A DNA stretch of 64,000 bases from Candidatus Omnitrophota bacterium (lineage in GTDB: Bacteria > Hinthialibacterota > Hinthialibacteria > Hinthialibacterales > Hinthialibacteraceae). The notes under the pieces were generated by a model. It worked only from the letters and a program-made list of their open reading frames with translations, was not told the DNA's origin and ran no database searches. Of the stretch, positions 47,159 to 57,502 are shown piece by piece. The stretch is taken from assembly GCA_040755155.1 (NCBI GenBank), contig JBFMBP010000029.1, forward strand, positions 8,066 through 72,065, in the 5' to 3' direction. The translations under genes and the position numbers were made by a program. Position 1 is the first letter of the stretch, and each line of letters begins with the position of its first letter.

Positions 47159-48745
47159 TTAGAACTTGTACATCAACTCGATGCGCGCATAGAAAGCATC
47201 ATCCGCATCGGGACCGTAAAAATCTCCCGGCGCAAACCATTCCCCAAGGAAATGGCCGCTCAAATTGTCGGTGAAGACATATTGCGTAAGCCATTGCAAG
47301 TTGTGACCGCGTTCGTCTCCGCCGCCGGGGCCAATGCTCTCTTCCGCCAGGTAGTAGAGATAACGCAAAGACTGCGTCAATCGATCCGTAGGTTTCACGG
47401 TAATCATCGCTTCGGGAATAATCATGTTCGACCACATTCCCACTTCGGGATCGTTGCCGCGCGTGGCGAACTTGAAGCCGTCGTAAAGAGTATAGACGTA
47501 CAGTTCGCTGTATTTGGGCCATTGGGCGTAAAAATCGTCCCAGCCTTCGTAATCTTCCGTTGAGGGATCGTCGCCGGAGAAATAGGTTACGCCCGCTTTG
47601 AAACTGGGTTTCCACGGAACGGCGTTGAATGTCAGCGTTCCATTGATGTACCCGCCCCAAGCGTCTCGATCGACGTCATTAGCGGCGTTGCGGCTATATC
47701 CCGAAGACGTAGCTGCCAGATTCGCATAATCCAAAACCGGCGAACCCGTGAATTCAACCTGACCGAATTCCTTGCCGCCTTCCGCCGCCAGCGCCAGCGT
47801 TACGTCGGTCGCGATATCGGTTTTGTAAGTCGCTCTCATACCGACGAGATATGTTTGTTCTCTGGGCGATGGATCGTAAGGGCTGAAAGGATAAGAAACC
47901 GTACCGGGAGCGCCGGTAATATTCGCGCGGGCTCTTTTGCTTCGAGACAAGAAGTAAGGTTCAAGCCCAAGTCCTTCGACCTGATCGAACGTTAATTTGT
48001 TGTAAATTCCATAAAGGTCTTCATCATCGGCGAGTTGGGAATTCAATTCCACCATTTTGGCGAAAAGAAGATCGGTGGCGCCCAAATCGTGATTCACCGT
48101 CAATTTGGCGGCGTCAAAAGAGATGGTCTGCGATCCATCTTGGGGCGTGCCGTCCAAAACGACGAAGCCTTCGCCGTAAATCAGGTCCTGACGGCCTATG
48201 CGGAGATTGACGCCAGAGCCGTAAATATCTTTCCATTCGCCCCAGGCGTTGTCGAACATGGCGTCTTTGCCTTCGACGTCGTATCCAAAGTGCTCATTGT
48301 CCTGGCCGTAGACCCATTCCTTGGTCATGCGGATATAGGCTTCCATATTGTCCGCTGGCTTCCAGTCCAAGAAGACGCGGGGGCGGAAACGGATGACTTC
48401 GCGCGAATCTTCGGTAGCGCCATCATCGTTATAATCCCACACATTGTCGAAATATTCGGGACGGAAGCGTATATCTCCGCCCACTTGCAACGTGCCTTTG
48501 CCCAGCAGTGTCATGCCGGCCGGTTTTTCCGGTTCGGCGGGTTTGGCCGCCTCCGCCGCTTTTTCTTTTTCTTCTTCTTCTTTTTCCGCTTGCAACAAAG
48601 TTTTAAGTTCGGTTAGCTGCTGTTCGAGTTGTTTTACCCGCTGTTCGAGGTCGCCCGTATTCTCCGCCGCTTGCAATGGGACGAAACCCAACAAGACAAA
48701 ACAGAGAGCGAATGGAATCGTCTGAATAAGAGGACGTCTAATCAT
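47159..48745 (-). CDS. Outer-membrane beta-barrel protein with N-terminal coiled coil (alginate-export/porin-like)
   Basis: Signal peptide (start MIRRPL with GGAGG RBS). LEQRVKQLEQQLTELK coiled coil. Alternating beta-strand pattern. C-terminal ...MYKF. Confidence 0.5.
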   Translation of the reverse strand: MIRRPLIQTIPFALCFVLLGFVPLQAAENTGDLEQRVKQLEQQLTELKTLLQAEKEEEEKEKAAEAAKPAEPEKPAGMTLLGKGTLQVGGDIRFRPEYFDNVWDYNDDGATEDSREVIRFRPRVFLDWKPADNMEAYIRMTKEWVYGQDNEHFGYDVEGKDAMFDNAWGEWKDIYGSGVNLRIGRQDLIYGEGFVVLDGTPQDGSQTISFDAAKLTVNHDLGATDLLFAKMVELNSQLADDEDLYGIYNKLTFDQVEGLGLEPYFLSRSKRARANITGAPGTVSYPFSPYDPSPREQTYLVGMRATYKTDIATDVTLALAAEGGKEFGQVEFTGSPVLDYANLAATSSGYSRNAANDVDRDAWGGYINGTLTFNAVPWKPSFKAGVTYFSGDDPSTEDYEGWDDFYAQWPKYSELYVYTLYDGFKFATRGNDPEVGMWSNMIIPEAMITVKPTDRLTQSLRYLYYLAEESIGPGGGDERGHNLQWLTQYVFTDNLSGHFLGEWFAPGDFYGPDADDAFYARIELMYKF

Positions 48746-49062
48746 AAAAAACCTCCCCATCCCTTTTTTTAAGTTTTTTTTTACAGCATTCCCAATAATA
48801 AAATCAACGTTTCGGGTTTCCATCCGAAAAAAACAATCGTATTTCACCCCCTTTCATTTTATTTGTTCGTTACATCTCCCAAAAACATAAAACGTTGATT
48901 TCATAATTGTCCATTCATAAAACGTAAGAAAAAGAATCGTTGGCGCCCATGGAAAAATTCGGCGTGACCGCCGTTTGCCGCTACTAACCTAAGTCATCTC
49001 TCGCAAATATTCAATATCCCTATAATCAAATACATCGATATTTTTCGGTTTGAATGAATTCT

Positions 49063-50409
49063 TCATTTTCCCGAGCCGTTCTCGTTGCGGTAATCGAACA
49101 CCCGTTTCGACTTTCCCGCCGTTCGTTCGATGGATTTCGGCTCCACGAATACGATTTTCGGCGTTAGGTTCAAACGTTTTTGCAAGTGAGAGACGACTTT
49201 GCGCTCGAAAAAGTGCATTTCCTTCATCTGATCCGTAAAAAGAGCTTCTTCCAATTCCACGCGGACTTCCATTTCGTCCAAGGCGCCGCGCTTGCGCAAG
49301 ATGATCTGGTAATGAGGCTCGATGCCTTCCACCTCCAGCAGCGCCTCTTCCACTTGGGAGGGATAAACGTTCACGCCGCGTATGATAAGCATATCGTCCG
49401 TCCGTCCCATGACTTTGACCATGCGGGGAAAAGTCCGCCCGCAAGGGCATGGCTCCGGCATCAGGCGAGTGATGTCCCGGGTGCGATAACGCAGCACCGG
49501 CATGGCCTCCTTGGTAATTGTGGTGATGACTAATTCTCCTTCCACGCCGAAAGGAACCGGTTCGCAGGTTTCGGGATGGATGATTTCGGTGATAAAATGA
49601 TCTTCGAAGATATGCAATCCGTTCTGTTCCAGGCATTCGCCCGCCACGCCCGGCCCCATCACTTCCGAAAGGCCGTAGTTGTCCGTAGCGAGAATTCCCA
49701 GGCTTTTTTGAATCTGGACCCGCATGTTTTCCGTCCACGGCTCGCCGCCAAAAAGGCCGAAGCGCAAGGAAAGATCTTTGGATTCGACGCCCATCTCCCG
49801 CAATATCTCGCCCAAATGAAGAGCGTAGGAGGGAGTGCAAACCAACGCCGTAGCCCCGAAATCCTTCATGATTTGAATCTGTCGCTCCGAGTTGCCGCTG
49901 GATATGGGGATGACGGCGGCCCCCAATTTTTCCGCGCCGTAATGCAAGCCGAATCCGCCGGTGAAAAGGCCGTATCCGAAAGCGATCTGGACGATATCCT
50001 TTTCCGTCACGCCTCCCGCCATCAGCAAACGGGCTACCAATTCGGACCAGGTATCGAGGTCTTTGCGGCTATAGGGAACCACCGTGGGTTTGCCCGTCGT
50101 TCCCGACGAAGCATGAATGCGCACCACCTTCTCCATCGGCGTAGCTAATAAACCGTAGGGGTAGTGTTCGCGTAGATCGTCTTTCGTTGTGAAGGGGATG
50201 CGGCGAAGATCGTCCAGGCTGCGGATGGAATCCGGCGTTACGCTTGCATTCTTCAGGCGGTTACGGTAAAAGGGTACGTTCTCGATCAGGCGGCTGACGG
50301 TGTTGACGAGACGCTTCAACTGAAGGGCGCGCGTCGCTTCTTCAGGAAGGCATTCGAATTCGGGATTCCACACCCGATTCGGTTCGCATAATGGGATTTT
50401 ACTGTCCAT
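49063..50409 (-). CDS. Phenylacetate-CoA ligase (PaaK) family protein, paralog 2
   Basis: [14 protein letters not shown] adenylation motif. About 50% identical to paralog 3. Confidence 0.75.
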   Translation of the reverse strand: MDSKIPLCEPNRVWNPEFECLPEEATRALQLKRLVNTVSRLIENVPFYRNRLKNASVTPDSIRSLDDLRRIPFTTKDDLREHYPYGLLATPMEKVVRIHASSGTTGKPTVVPYSRKDLDTWSELVARLLMAGGVTEKDIVQIAFGYGLFTGGFGLHYGAEKLGAAVIPISSGNSERQIQIMKDFGATALVCTPSYALHLGEILREMGVESKDLSLRFGLFGGEPWTENMRVQIQKSLGILATDNYGLSEVMGPGVAGECLEQNGLHIFEDHFITEIIHPETCEPVPFGVEGELVITTITKEAMPVLRYRTRDITRLMPEPCPCGRTFPRMVKVMGRTDDMLIIRGVNVYPSQVEEALLEVEGIEPHYQIILRKRGALDEMEVRVELEEALFTDQMKEMHFFERKVVSHLQKRLNLTPKIVFVEPKSIERTAGKSKRVFDYRNENGSGK

Positions 50410-50469
50410 CCTCGCTTAAGGCTCCTAAACGGCGATGTCGATTGTTCTTAAGATAAAGCCCAGGATTTA

Positions 50470-50901
50470 TTAAAGTTTGTAGAGTTCCTCGCCGCTTAAG
50501 ATGCGCAATCCATTCGCCTGAATCACTTTGACGGCATGATCCGCATCTTCGAAACGGAAGATTAATATCGCTTTCTCTCCGGATCGCTCGACAAAGCCAT
50601 AGAGATATTCCACGTTCACATTTTCCTTGCCTAAAAGATCGAGCACGCGGCAAAGGCTGCCGGGAGCATCGGGAATTTCGAGGGCGACGACTTCCGTATC
50701 CAAGGCCGTGAATTTATTGTCGCGCAGTATTTTCAACGCTTCGTCGACGTTGTTGACGATCAGCCGCACGATTCCGAAATCGTGCGTATCCGCCAGGGTG
50801 ACGGCGCGGATATTGATGTTTCCGTCTCTCAACAGCGTTGCCACTTCGGCCACCCGTCCCGTCCGGTTTTCCACAAAAACGGAGATTTGACGCAATTTCA
50901 T
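50470..50901 (-). CDS. ACT-domain (amino-acid-binding) protein
   Basis: Two ACT-like beta-alpha-beta-beta-alpha-beta units (QISVFVENRTGRVAEV.. / ALEIPDAPGSLCRVL). Confidence 0.6.
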   Translation of the reverse strand: MKLRQISVFVENRTGRVAEVATLLRDGNINIRAVTLADTHDFGIVRLIVNNVDEALKILRDNKFTALDTEVVALEIPDAPGSLCRVLDLLGKENVNVEYLYGFVERSGEKAILIFRFEDADHAVKVIQANGLRILSGEELYKL

Positions 50902-50925
50902 TTCATGACTCCTTCATTTCCCTTT

Positions 50926-52233
50926 TCACGCCCCATTCTGCAACCGGCGATCCAACACTCGTTTGGCTTTGCCCATGCTGCGCTCGATGGTTTTCGGTTC
51001 GACGAGCTGGATGCGCGCGCCGATGCCTAATATCGACTCGATCTGTTTTTGGATGCGGTCTTGCAACTCCTCCAGCCGTCTCACCTCATCGGAAAAGATT
51101 TTTTCCTCGACTTCCACCTGCACGGTCAATTCGTCCAACGCGCCGCGTTTGTCGACGATGATGAGATAATGCGGCTCCACCCCCTGGGTTTGGAAAAGAA
51201 CCTCTTCAATCTGCGAAGGAAAGACATTGACGCCCCGGATGATGAGCATATCGTCCGTCCGCCCGGTGATGCGTTCCATGCGAATATGCGTCCGCCCGCA
51301 GGGGCAGGGTTCGGCATGCAGGCAACTGAGATCGCGAGTGCGGAAGCGGATAACGGGAAAGGCGGCTTTCGTCAGACAGGTAAATACGAGTTCGCCTTTT
51401 TCGCCCGGCGGCAGCGGCGCCCCCGTGGCGGGATTGATGATTTCGGGATAGAAATGGTCGTCGAAGACATGCAGGCAATTTTGCTCTTCGCATTCGCTGG
51501 CGACTCCGGGGCCGATGATTTCCGAGAGACCGTAGATATCGATCGCCTTGCATTTCAGGCGCTTTTCGATCTCTTTTCGCATCTGATCGCTCCAAGGTTC
51601 GGCGCCGAAGATGCCCGCCCTGAGTTTGAGGCTGGCGGGGTCTACTCCCATCTCTTCCATAACTTCAGCGATGTAAAGAGAGTAGGACGGCGTACAAGCC
51701 AACATCGTAACCTGGAAATCCTGCATAATCATGACTTGCCGATTGGTATTGCCGCCGGAAATGGGGACGACGGTGGCGCCCACCTTCTCCGCGCCATAAT
51801 GCACGCCCAAACCTCCGGTGAACAAGCCATACCCGTAAGCGATTTGAATGATGTCGTCGCTCGTACCCCCGCCGCAGCAAATCGTGCGCGCCATCGTTTC
51901 GGCCCAGATATCGATATCTTCCTTCGTATAACCGACTACGACCGGCTTTCCCGTCGTTCCCGATGAGGAATGAACGCGCACAATCTGCTTCATCGGTACG
52001 GCGAACATGCCGAAGGGGTAATTCTGCCGTAGATCGTCCTTAGTAGTGAAAGGAAGTTGGGAGATATCGCTTAAGTGCTTGATATCGTATGGCTTAATAC
52101 CGTATTCGTCGAATTTTTTACGGTAGCAGGGAATCTTTTCATAGGCTCGGCGAATCGCGTTGCGCAAACGGTAAAACTGAAGCGCCCTCCTTTCGCCGAT
52201 GGGCATGCATTCCATCTCTGGATTCCAAATCAT
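50926..52233 (-). CDS. Phenylacetate-CoA ligase (PaaK) family protein, paralog 3
   Basis: [14 protein letters not shown] motif. Conserved PaaK C-terminal domain. Confidence 0.75.
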   Translation of the reverse strand: MIWNPEMECMPIGERRALQFYRLRNAIRRAYEKIPCYRKKFDEYGIKPYDIKHLSDISQLPFTTKDDLRQNYPFGMFAVPMKQIVRVHSSSGTTGKPVVVGYTKEDIDIWAETMARTICCGGGTSDDIIQIAYGYGLFTGGLGVHYGAEKVGATVVPISGGNTNRQVMIMQDFQVTMLACTPSYSLYIAEVMEEMGVDPASLKLRAGIFGAEPWSDQMRKEIEKRLKCKAIDIYGLSEIIGPGVASECEEQNCLHVFDDHFYPEIINPATGAPLPPGEKGELVFTCLTKAAFPVIRFRTRDLSCLHAEPCPCGRTHIRMERITGRTDDMLIIRGVNVFPSQIEEVLFQTQGVEPHYLIIVDKRGALDELTVQVEVEEKIFSDEVRRLEELQDRIQKQIESILGIGARIQLVEPKTIERSMGKAKRVLDRRLQNGA

Positions 52234-52368
52234 AACTCCACTCCTTGCGCCGATGGTCTAATGAAAATTGAACAGAGTCGGCCTATCATCTCTAATTTCA
52301 AGCCGTTTGTGAATGGCTGCAACCGCATTTTTCCCCAAAAATCGGCGTTTGATTTTATCGATTTATTA

Positions 52369-52655
52369 ACTCATATTACGCGGGATTAAGAAGTTTAAGT
52401 AGTCGATTAGAATCGCCCTTTCGAATCGCGAAAACACGAAACGAAAAAGAAAAACACGAAAAAAAAGAAAAAAAAATTAGCGCATAGGATCGCGATGTGA
52501 ATTGCTTTTTTCGTGAGATCCAAATGCACCCGCGATATCCGCGATTCGAAAATTTCGTGGAATTCGAGCCTTTTCGTGAGTTCGTGATTCAATAACGCAA
52601 ATAAATGACGACCTTCCTGTTCTTTTGAACGATTCTTCTGGCTGCGTAACATGAG
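52369..52655. mobile_element. MITE-like element family A, copy 5 (forward orientation), 287 bp
   Basis: TIRs CTCATATTACGC / GGCTGCGTAACATGAG. AT-rich ATTAA on both flanks. Full internal motif set. Confidence 0.7.
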
Positions 52656-52944
52656 ATATTAACAAAAAATACTTTTTTGATTTAGTTGCCTGAACATCGC
52701 TTGTATGAATTGACAATAATTCATTGTCCTATTAAAATGTTGCTATTCTAAAAAAAAATAAAACGGATTATGCCCAGATGATTCTCAATACCGCTTATTC
52801 CTATCGATTTTACTTTTGGTATCCTACCATAGGAATAAGGGGAGGATTGTTCTAGCGCATACCGAAAAATAAGCCGAAAAGAAAAGCCGCTGGAGATTCT
52901 CCCCAGCGGCTTTTCTCTTTTGGCGATGCTCAAGGGAGAGACTC

Positions 52945-54012
52945 ATGATCGTCGTAATGAAACACGGATGCAACCAATCTCACATCGACCAGGTCGTCGC
53001 GGTAATCGTTCAAGGCGGCGCCCGGCCTATGATCAGCCAGGGCGAAGACGCCACCATCATCGGCGTCATCGGAATCAACCATCAGGTTCTGCCGGAAGAG
53101 CTGAGCGCTTGCGAATTCGTCAGCCGGGTCATTCCCATATCCGCCCCTTACAAACTCGCCAGCCGCGCTCTGCATCCGGCGGACAGCGTTATTTCCATCG
53201 AACCGAAGGATGGCATCCCGATGATGGTCGGCGGAGGCGCCATCGCCATCATCGGCGGCCCCTGTACAGTGGAAAGCGAAGAACAAATCGTTACCGCCGC
53301 CCGGCAAGTGCGAGACGCCGGAGGCTCGGCGCTGCGCGGAGGCGCCTACAAGCCGCGAACCAGCCCTTATTCCTTCCAGGGACACAAGTTGGATGGCTTA
53401 AAAATGTTGGCGGCGGCGCGGGAGGAGACAGGCCTAGCCATCGTAACCGAATTGCTCAGCGTCGATCAGGCCGATTTAGTAGCCGAATATGCGGACGTAA
53501 TCCAAATCGGGGCGCGCAATATGCAGAACTACCCCCTTTTGGAAGTGGCCGGTTCGCTGCAAAAGCCGGTGTTGCTCAAGCGCGGCCTCTGCGCCACTCT
53601 CACGGAATTCCTACTGGCGGCGGAATATATTCTTGTACGCGGCAACGAGCAGGTGATTCTCTGCGAACGCGGCGTTCGCACCTTTGAGACCGAAACCCGC
53701 TTCACTCTTTCCCTAAGTTCCATTCCCATTCTGCAGGAAAAGAGCCATCTTCCCGTCATCGCCGATCCCAGCCACGGAACCGGAGTCGCCTCGCTGGTGC
53801 GCCCCATGAGCCGCGCCTCTCTCGCCGCCGGAGCCGATGGGTTGATTATCGAGGTTCATCCCAATCCCAGCCATGCGCGAGTGGACGGCGATCAATCCAT
53901 CACGGCGGACGTTTTCGTTCTTATCGTCAAAGACGCCGTTCTTATGGCGGAGATGCTAGGGAAAAGATTGGGCAATGGCTGTTTGACAAGACCAGCCGCC
54001 GCGATTTCCTGA
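52945..54012 (+). CDS. aroF: 3-deoxy-7-phosphoheptulonate (DAHP) synthase, type I-beta with N-terminal ferredoxin-like regulatory domain
   Basis: KPRTSPYSFQG, GARNMQN, ADPSHG motifs. About 90-aa N-terminal extension. GGAGA RBS. Confidence 0.75.
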   Translation: MIVVMKHGCNQSHIDQVVAVIVQGGARPMISQGEDATIIGVIGINHQVLPEELSACEFVSRVIPISAPYKLASRALHPADSVISIEPKDGIPMMVGGGAIAIIGGPCTVESEEQIVTAARQVRDAGGSALRGGAYKPRTSPYSFQGHKLDGLKMLAAAREETGLAIVTELLSVDQADLVAEYADVIQIGARNMQNYPLLEVAGSLQKPVLLKRGLCATLTEFLLAAEYILVRGNEQVILCERGVRTFETETRFTLSLSSIPILQEKSHLPVIADPSHGTGVASLVRPMSRASLAAGADGLIIEVHPNPSHARVDGDQSITADVFVLIVKDAVLMAEMLGKRLGNGCLTRPAAAIS

Positions 54013-54065
54013 CGGCTCTTGATTTTAGGAGAGCGGAACATAAGATTCCCTATCGCGCATAAAGT

Positions 54066-54135
54066 TACCCGCCGTTGAAACGGCGGGCTATTAACGTTTG
54101 CCCCTTTAAAGGGGCAATTGACAATAGCCCAGCCT
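54066..54135. repeat. Two/three-hairpin 3'-end element (CCCGCCGTTGAAACGGCGGG, GCCCCTTTAAAGGGGC, CCCAGCCTTTCAAGGCTGGG)
   Basis: Inverted copy of 9516-9570. Immediately 3' of the DAHP synthase gene. Confidence 0.55.
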
Positions 54136-54276
54136 TTCAAGGCTGGGAGAAGAAATTTCCCGGCATTCGACTCTTTTTCCATTTCGAAAGCGCCATAATT
54201 ATGGAGATATCAATACCTTTTTTGAACGATTTTTCCGATGACATGAAAATATTTGCTGTGCAACATGAGTTATTAA

Positions 54277-54505
54277 CTCATATTGCGCGCTATGGGACAT
54301 GAAAGGAATCTTTTACCTTCATCGTTTGAATCGCGAAAACACGAAGGAATAATGAAAAACACGAAAAAAATCATAAAATCGAATAAGCATTTGGATCACG
54401 CCATAAAAAGGACTTTTCCGTGAAATTCCTAAAAATCCGGGATATCCGTGATTCGAAAATTTCGTGAAATTCGCGCCATTTCGCGCTTTCGTGATTCAAC
54501 ACGAT
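54277..54505. repeat. MITE family A copy 6, right-truncated. Preceded at 54261-54269 by an orphan right-TIR word (CAACATGAG) and TTATTAA spacer.
   Basis: Left TIR CTCATATTGCGCGC. Internal CGAAAACACGAA and core GGGATATCCGTGATTCGAAAATTTCGTGAAATTCGCGCC...TTCGTGATTCAA. Confidence 0.6.
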
Positions 54506-54572
54506 AAGCAAAATAACTCCATCATGTTTCTTCTCGCACATAATTATGAATGATTAAGAAACGGTCCAAGGA

Positions 54573-56195
54573 ATGAAGATTACCGAGCGCATGTTATTGA
54601 GCGGAAATGAAGCCGTGGCCTTGGCCGCGCACAATGCGGGCGTCGCTTTGGGAACGGGATACCCCGGCACGCCATCCACGGAAATCCTGGAGACTTTCGC
54701 GGATTTGGGAGGACATGCCCAATGGTCCCCCAACGAGAAAACGGCGTTGGAAGTGGGATTGGGCAGCGCTTTCGGCGGCGGACGCACCCTGGTTACTATG
54801 AAGCATGTCGGCTTGAACGTAGCCGCCGATCCCCTCTTCACGGCAGCATATACGGGAGTCTCTGGGGCGCTGATTATCGTTTCCGCCGACGATCCCGGCA
54901 TGGCCTCCAGCCAGAACGAGCAGGATAACCGGCATTACGCCCAGGCCGCCTGCCTGCCTATGCTTGAGCCGTCCGATTCGCAGGAAGCGTTCGATTTTAT
55001 GGCCGCCGCCATCGAGATTTCCGAACAATGGCGCATTCCGGTTCTCTTGCGCATGACGACGCGGATATGCCATTCCAAAACCATCGTCAAGCCGAGACCT
55101 CTGCCGCCTCCATCTCCCGCAAGTTTTCAATGCGATATCCAAGGCCGGGTAATGATTCCCGCTTACGCCCGCATCGCCCATAAAAAATTGCGCCAGAAAA
55201 TCAAAAAAATCGCCGCTTGGAATGAAACAAGCGGCCTAAATAAAATCGTCGAAGGCGATCAGGCGTTAGGAATTATCTCTTCGGGCGTCTCCGTCGTGCA
55301 CGCCCGCGAAGCCGCGCCGGAAGCCAGCCTCCTAAAATTGGGCATGACCCATCCTCTTCCCCTGGAATCAATCCGTTGTTTTGCGGAAAAAATGGATCGT
55401 TGCCTCGTTATCGAAGAGGGCGATCCTTACCTCGTCGATGCGATACGCGCCGCGGGAATTTCCGTGGAAGGCAAAGACGATATGTATCGCTTCGGCGAAT
55501 TGAACGTCAATCGGGTAAGACGCATTGTTAAAGGAGACGTTTCGCAGGAGACGCCGCCCCCCAAGGGCAAACCGCCGCAGCTCTGCCTGGGCTGCCCCCA
55601 CCGCTCCGTTTTCGAAATCCTAAGAAAATTGGATTGCATCGTCGCCGGAGATATCGGCTGCTACACGCTGGGAGTTCTGCCGCCGTTCGAAGCGATGGAT
55701 TCCTGCGTCTGCATGGGCGCCAGCATCGGCGTCGGCCTGGGATTGCGGCGCGTATTGCCCGGCGAACAAGCTCGGCGAGTCGTTAGCATCATTGGCGACA
55801 GCACTTTCGTCCATAGCGGCGTTACCGGCTTGATCGAAATGGTTTACAACCCTCCCGCAACCGGCCACGTCGTCATCATCGTAGATAATGGAACCACCGC
55901 CATGACCGGATTGCAGGAGCACCCCGCTACTGGACGCACTCTCGATCACCAGCCGACGGGTAAAGTCGTTTTGGAAGATTTAGCCCGATCTATCGGCGTT
56001 CCGAACGTTCATGTTATCGATCCTTCGAAAAATCAGGACCAATTCGAAAAAATCCTGCGCGAGAGTTTGCAAAAAGAAGAACTGACTCTACTCATCGCCC
56101 GCCGCCCCTGCATTTTGGCGGCGAAAAAAATCCGCGAATACGAAAAAGCCGCTGAAATCGCCGAATGCGAATGCTGCGCGGAAATGGAGGAATAA
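54573..56195 (+). CDS. iorA: Indolepyruvate:ferredoxin oxidoreductase alpha subunit (TPP-dependent, with C-terminal 2x[4Fe-4S])
   Basis: 2-oxoacid:Fd oxidoreductase domains. CLGCPHRSV Cys motifs. GDSTFVHSG TPP-binding. Confidence 0.8.
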   Translation: MKITERMLLSGNEAVALAAHNAGVALGTGYPGTPSTEILETFADLGGHAQWSPNEKTALEVGLGSAFGGGRTLVTMKHVGLNVAADPLFTAAYTGVSGALIIVSADDPGMASSQNEQDNRHYAQAACLPMLEPSDSQEAFDFMAAAIEISEQWRIPVLLRMTTRICHSKTIVKPRPLPPPSPASFQCDIQGRVMIPAYARIAHKKLRQKIKKIAAWNETSGLNKIVEGDQALGIISSGVSVVHAREAAPEASLLKLGMTHPLPLESIRCFAEKMDRCLVIEEGDPYLVDAIRAAGISVEGKDDMYRFGELNVNRVRRIVKGDVSQETPPPKGKPPQLCLGCPHRSVFEILRKLDCIVAGDIGCYTLGVLPPFEAMDSCVCMGASIGVGLGLRRVLPGEQARRVVSIIGDSTFVHSGVTGLIEMVYNPPATGHVVIIVDNGTTAMTGLQEHPATGRTLDHQPTGKVVLEDLARSIGVPNVHVIDPSKNQDQFEKILRESLQKEELTLLIARRPCILAAKKIREYEKAAEIAECECCAEMEE

Positions 56196-56197
56196 CA

Positions 56198-56677
56198 ATG
56201 GCCGGCAAAATCGCCAACATCATCGTTGCCGGACTCGGCGGCCAGGGAGTTTTGAAAGCCTCGGATATTATTTCCGAAGCGGTGTTTCTGGCGGGATTCG
56301 ACATCAAAAAAAGCGAAGTGCACGGCATGAGCCAACGCGGCGGTTCGGTTTGCAGCGACATTCGTTACGGCGAAGCCGTGTTCAGCCCGATGGTTCCGGA
56401 AGGCGAAGCGGATTACCTGGTCGTTTTATCGGAAGATCAAGTAGAAAACAACCGCCATCAACTGCGCGAAGGCGGCGTCTTGATTACGCCCTCCATGATC
56501 GACGAAAACAAACTTACCAATAAGAAAAGCCTGAACGTCGCGTTATTAGGCGTATTGAGCCGCAACATGGATATCGATCGATCGTTCTGGCTGGATTCGA
56601 TACGCGCCAACCTGCCGGAGAAAATCCACGAAGTCAATTTCCAAGCATTTGAAATTGGACGATCTATTGGCAATTAA
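56198..56677 (+). CDS. iorB: Indolepyruvate:ferredoxin oxidoreductase beta subunit
   Basis: ANIIVAGLGGQGVLKASD motif. GGAGG RBS. Start overlaps the iorA stop. Confidence 0.8.
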   Translation: MAGKIANIIVAGLGGQGVLKASDIISEAVFLAGFDIKKSEVHGMSQRGGSVCSDIRYGEAVFSPMVPEGEADYLVVLSEDQVENNRHQLREGGVLITPSMIDENKLTNKKSLNVALLGVLSRNMDIDRSFWLDSIRANLPEKIHEVNFQAFEIGRSIGN

Positions 56678-56683
56678 AACTCA

Positions 56684-56730
56684 TATTACTCAATTCCCTC
56701 GCCCTTTGGGGGTTAGGGTGAGGGAAAATT
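56684..56730. repeat. Short family-B-related element (ACTCATATTAC...CCCTCGCCCTTTGGGGGTTAGGGTGAGGG)
   Basis: TIR-like ACTCAT word plus G4-like run. Confidence 0.45.
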
Positions 56731-56815
56731 GATGACAAAACCCGTACTTTCCGCCAAAATGCTCCTGCGAAGCCGTGAAATGCGCCGGGATTTGACGGAA
56801 GCAAAGGAAAAACTT

Positions 56816-56850
56816 GGGGGTGGCAAGGGCAAGGTTGTTTCTGCCCTTGA
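56816..56850. repeat. Hairpin repeat C, copy 3 (GGGGGTGGCAAGGGCAAGGTTGTTTCTGCCCTTGA), followed by a tail resembling the sequence after the intron-bearing copy
   Basis: Identical core. Downstream TTAATCCCTCCGACTTGTGGGTAAAG resembles 25168-25195 CTAAATCCCTCATACTTGCGGTTTAAG. Confidence 0.55.
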
Positions 56851-57016
56851 TTAATCCCTCCGACTTGTGGGTAAAGATCGGTAGAGGGCGATGGAACACG
56901 GAATGCGTAACAGGAATTAAAAAAGAAACAAACAAAAAAAAAGCGGGACCATTTATCCCCGCATTTTGAATTAATCAAGAAACAATATTAAACAACAACG
57001 GTTAAACCCATATTAA

Positions 57017-57286
57017 TCAATAGATTTGTTCCACTATATCATTGATATTATGTAAATCGATCCCCGACCCCGGCTTTTTAGCCATTTTTTCCATGATTTT
57101 CTTCATTTCCTGCTTCGTCACCGCTTTATGGGCGATATCCACCCTATCCAGCGTGTGACATTTCGAGCAAAGCTGTTGAAAGTTAGGATGCTCGGCATCG
57201 GCTGTTTTCTTTTCTTGCGTCGCGCATCCTACGATAAACAAAACGGCGACGATCCCGCACAACATCACTGCGCATACGGATTTCAT
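57017..57286 (-). CDS. Small lipoprotein with a single CxxCH haem-binding motif (putative mono-haem c-type cytochrome)
   Basis: Lipobox LFIVGC. CSKCH motif. GGAGG RBS. Start chosen at MKSVCAV (the track start is 57322). Confidence 0.45.
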   Translation of the reverse strand: MKSVCAVMLCGIVAVLFIVGCATQEKKTADAEHPNFQQLCSKCHTLDRVDIAHKAVTKQEMKKIMEKMAKKPGSGIDLHNINDIVEQIY

Positions 57287-57502
57287 ATTTTTCCTCCCCT
57301 TTTTCCTTATTGTTTTGTCCAACTGTTTTCTCGCGCCAAAAAAAAGATTGATTTATACTACGACATAATCCAGGTAAAAAGCAATGGAACCAACTCGATT
57401 TTTTCTATTCTTTTTTTTTGTATGATTCTCGGATGGAATAGCAAGCGTAATTTATAGATAATACCCAGCGTCAGCGCCGCATCCAACCAGCGAGAGTGAA
57501 GC

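Noticed and set aside
47159-48847. Longer version of the outer-membrane protein ORF starting at 48847 (MKYDCFF...)
   Set aside because: The extension lacks a signal peptide and RBS, whereas the internal Met at 48745 has GGAGG 7 nt upstream and is followed by a canonical signal peptide. The shorter call was adopted.
52920-53687. 255-aa Arg/Pro-rich ORF and 52930-53385 minus ORF
   Set aside because: Alternate-frame or antisense overlaps of the DAHP synthase gene, which has diagnostic motifs. Composition is non-protein-like.
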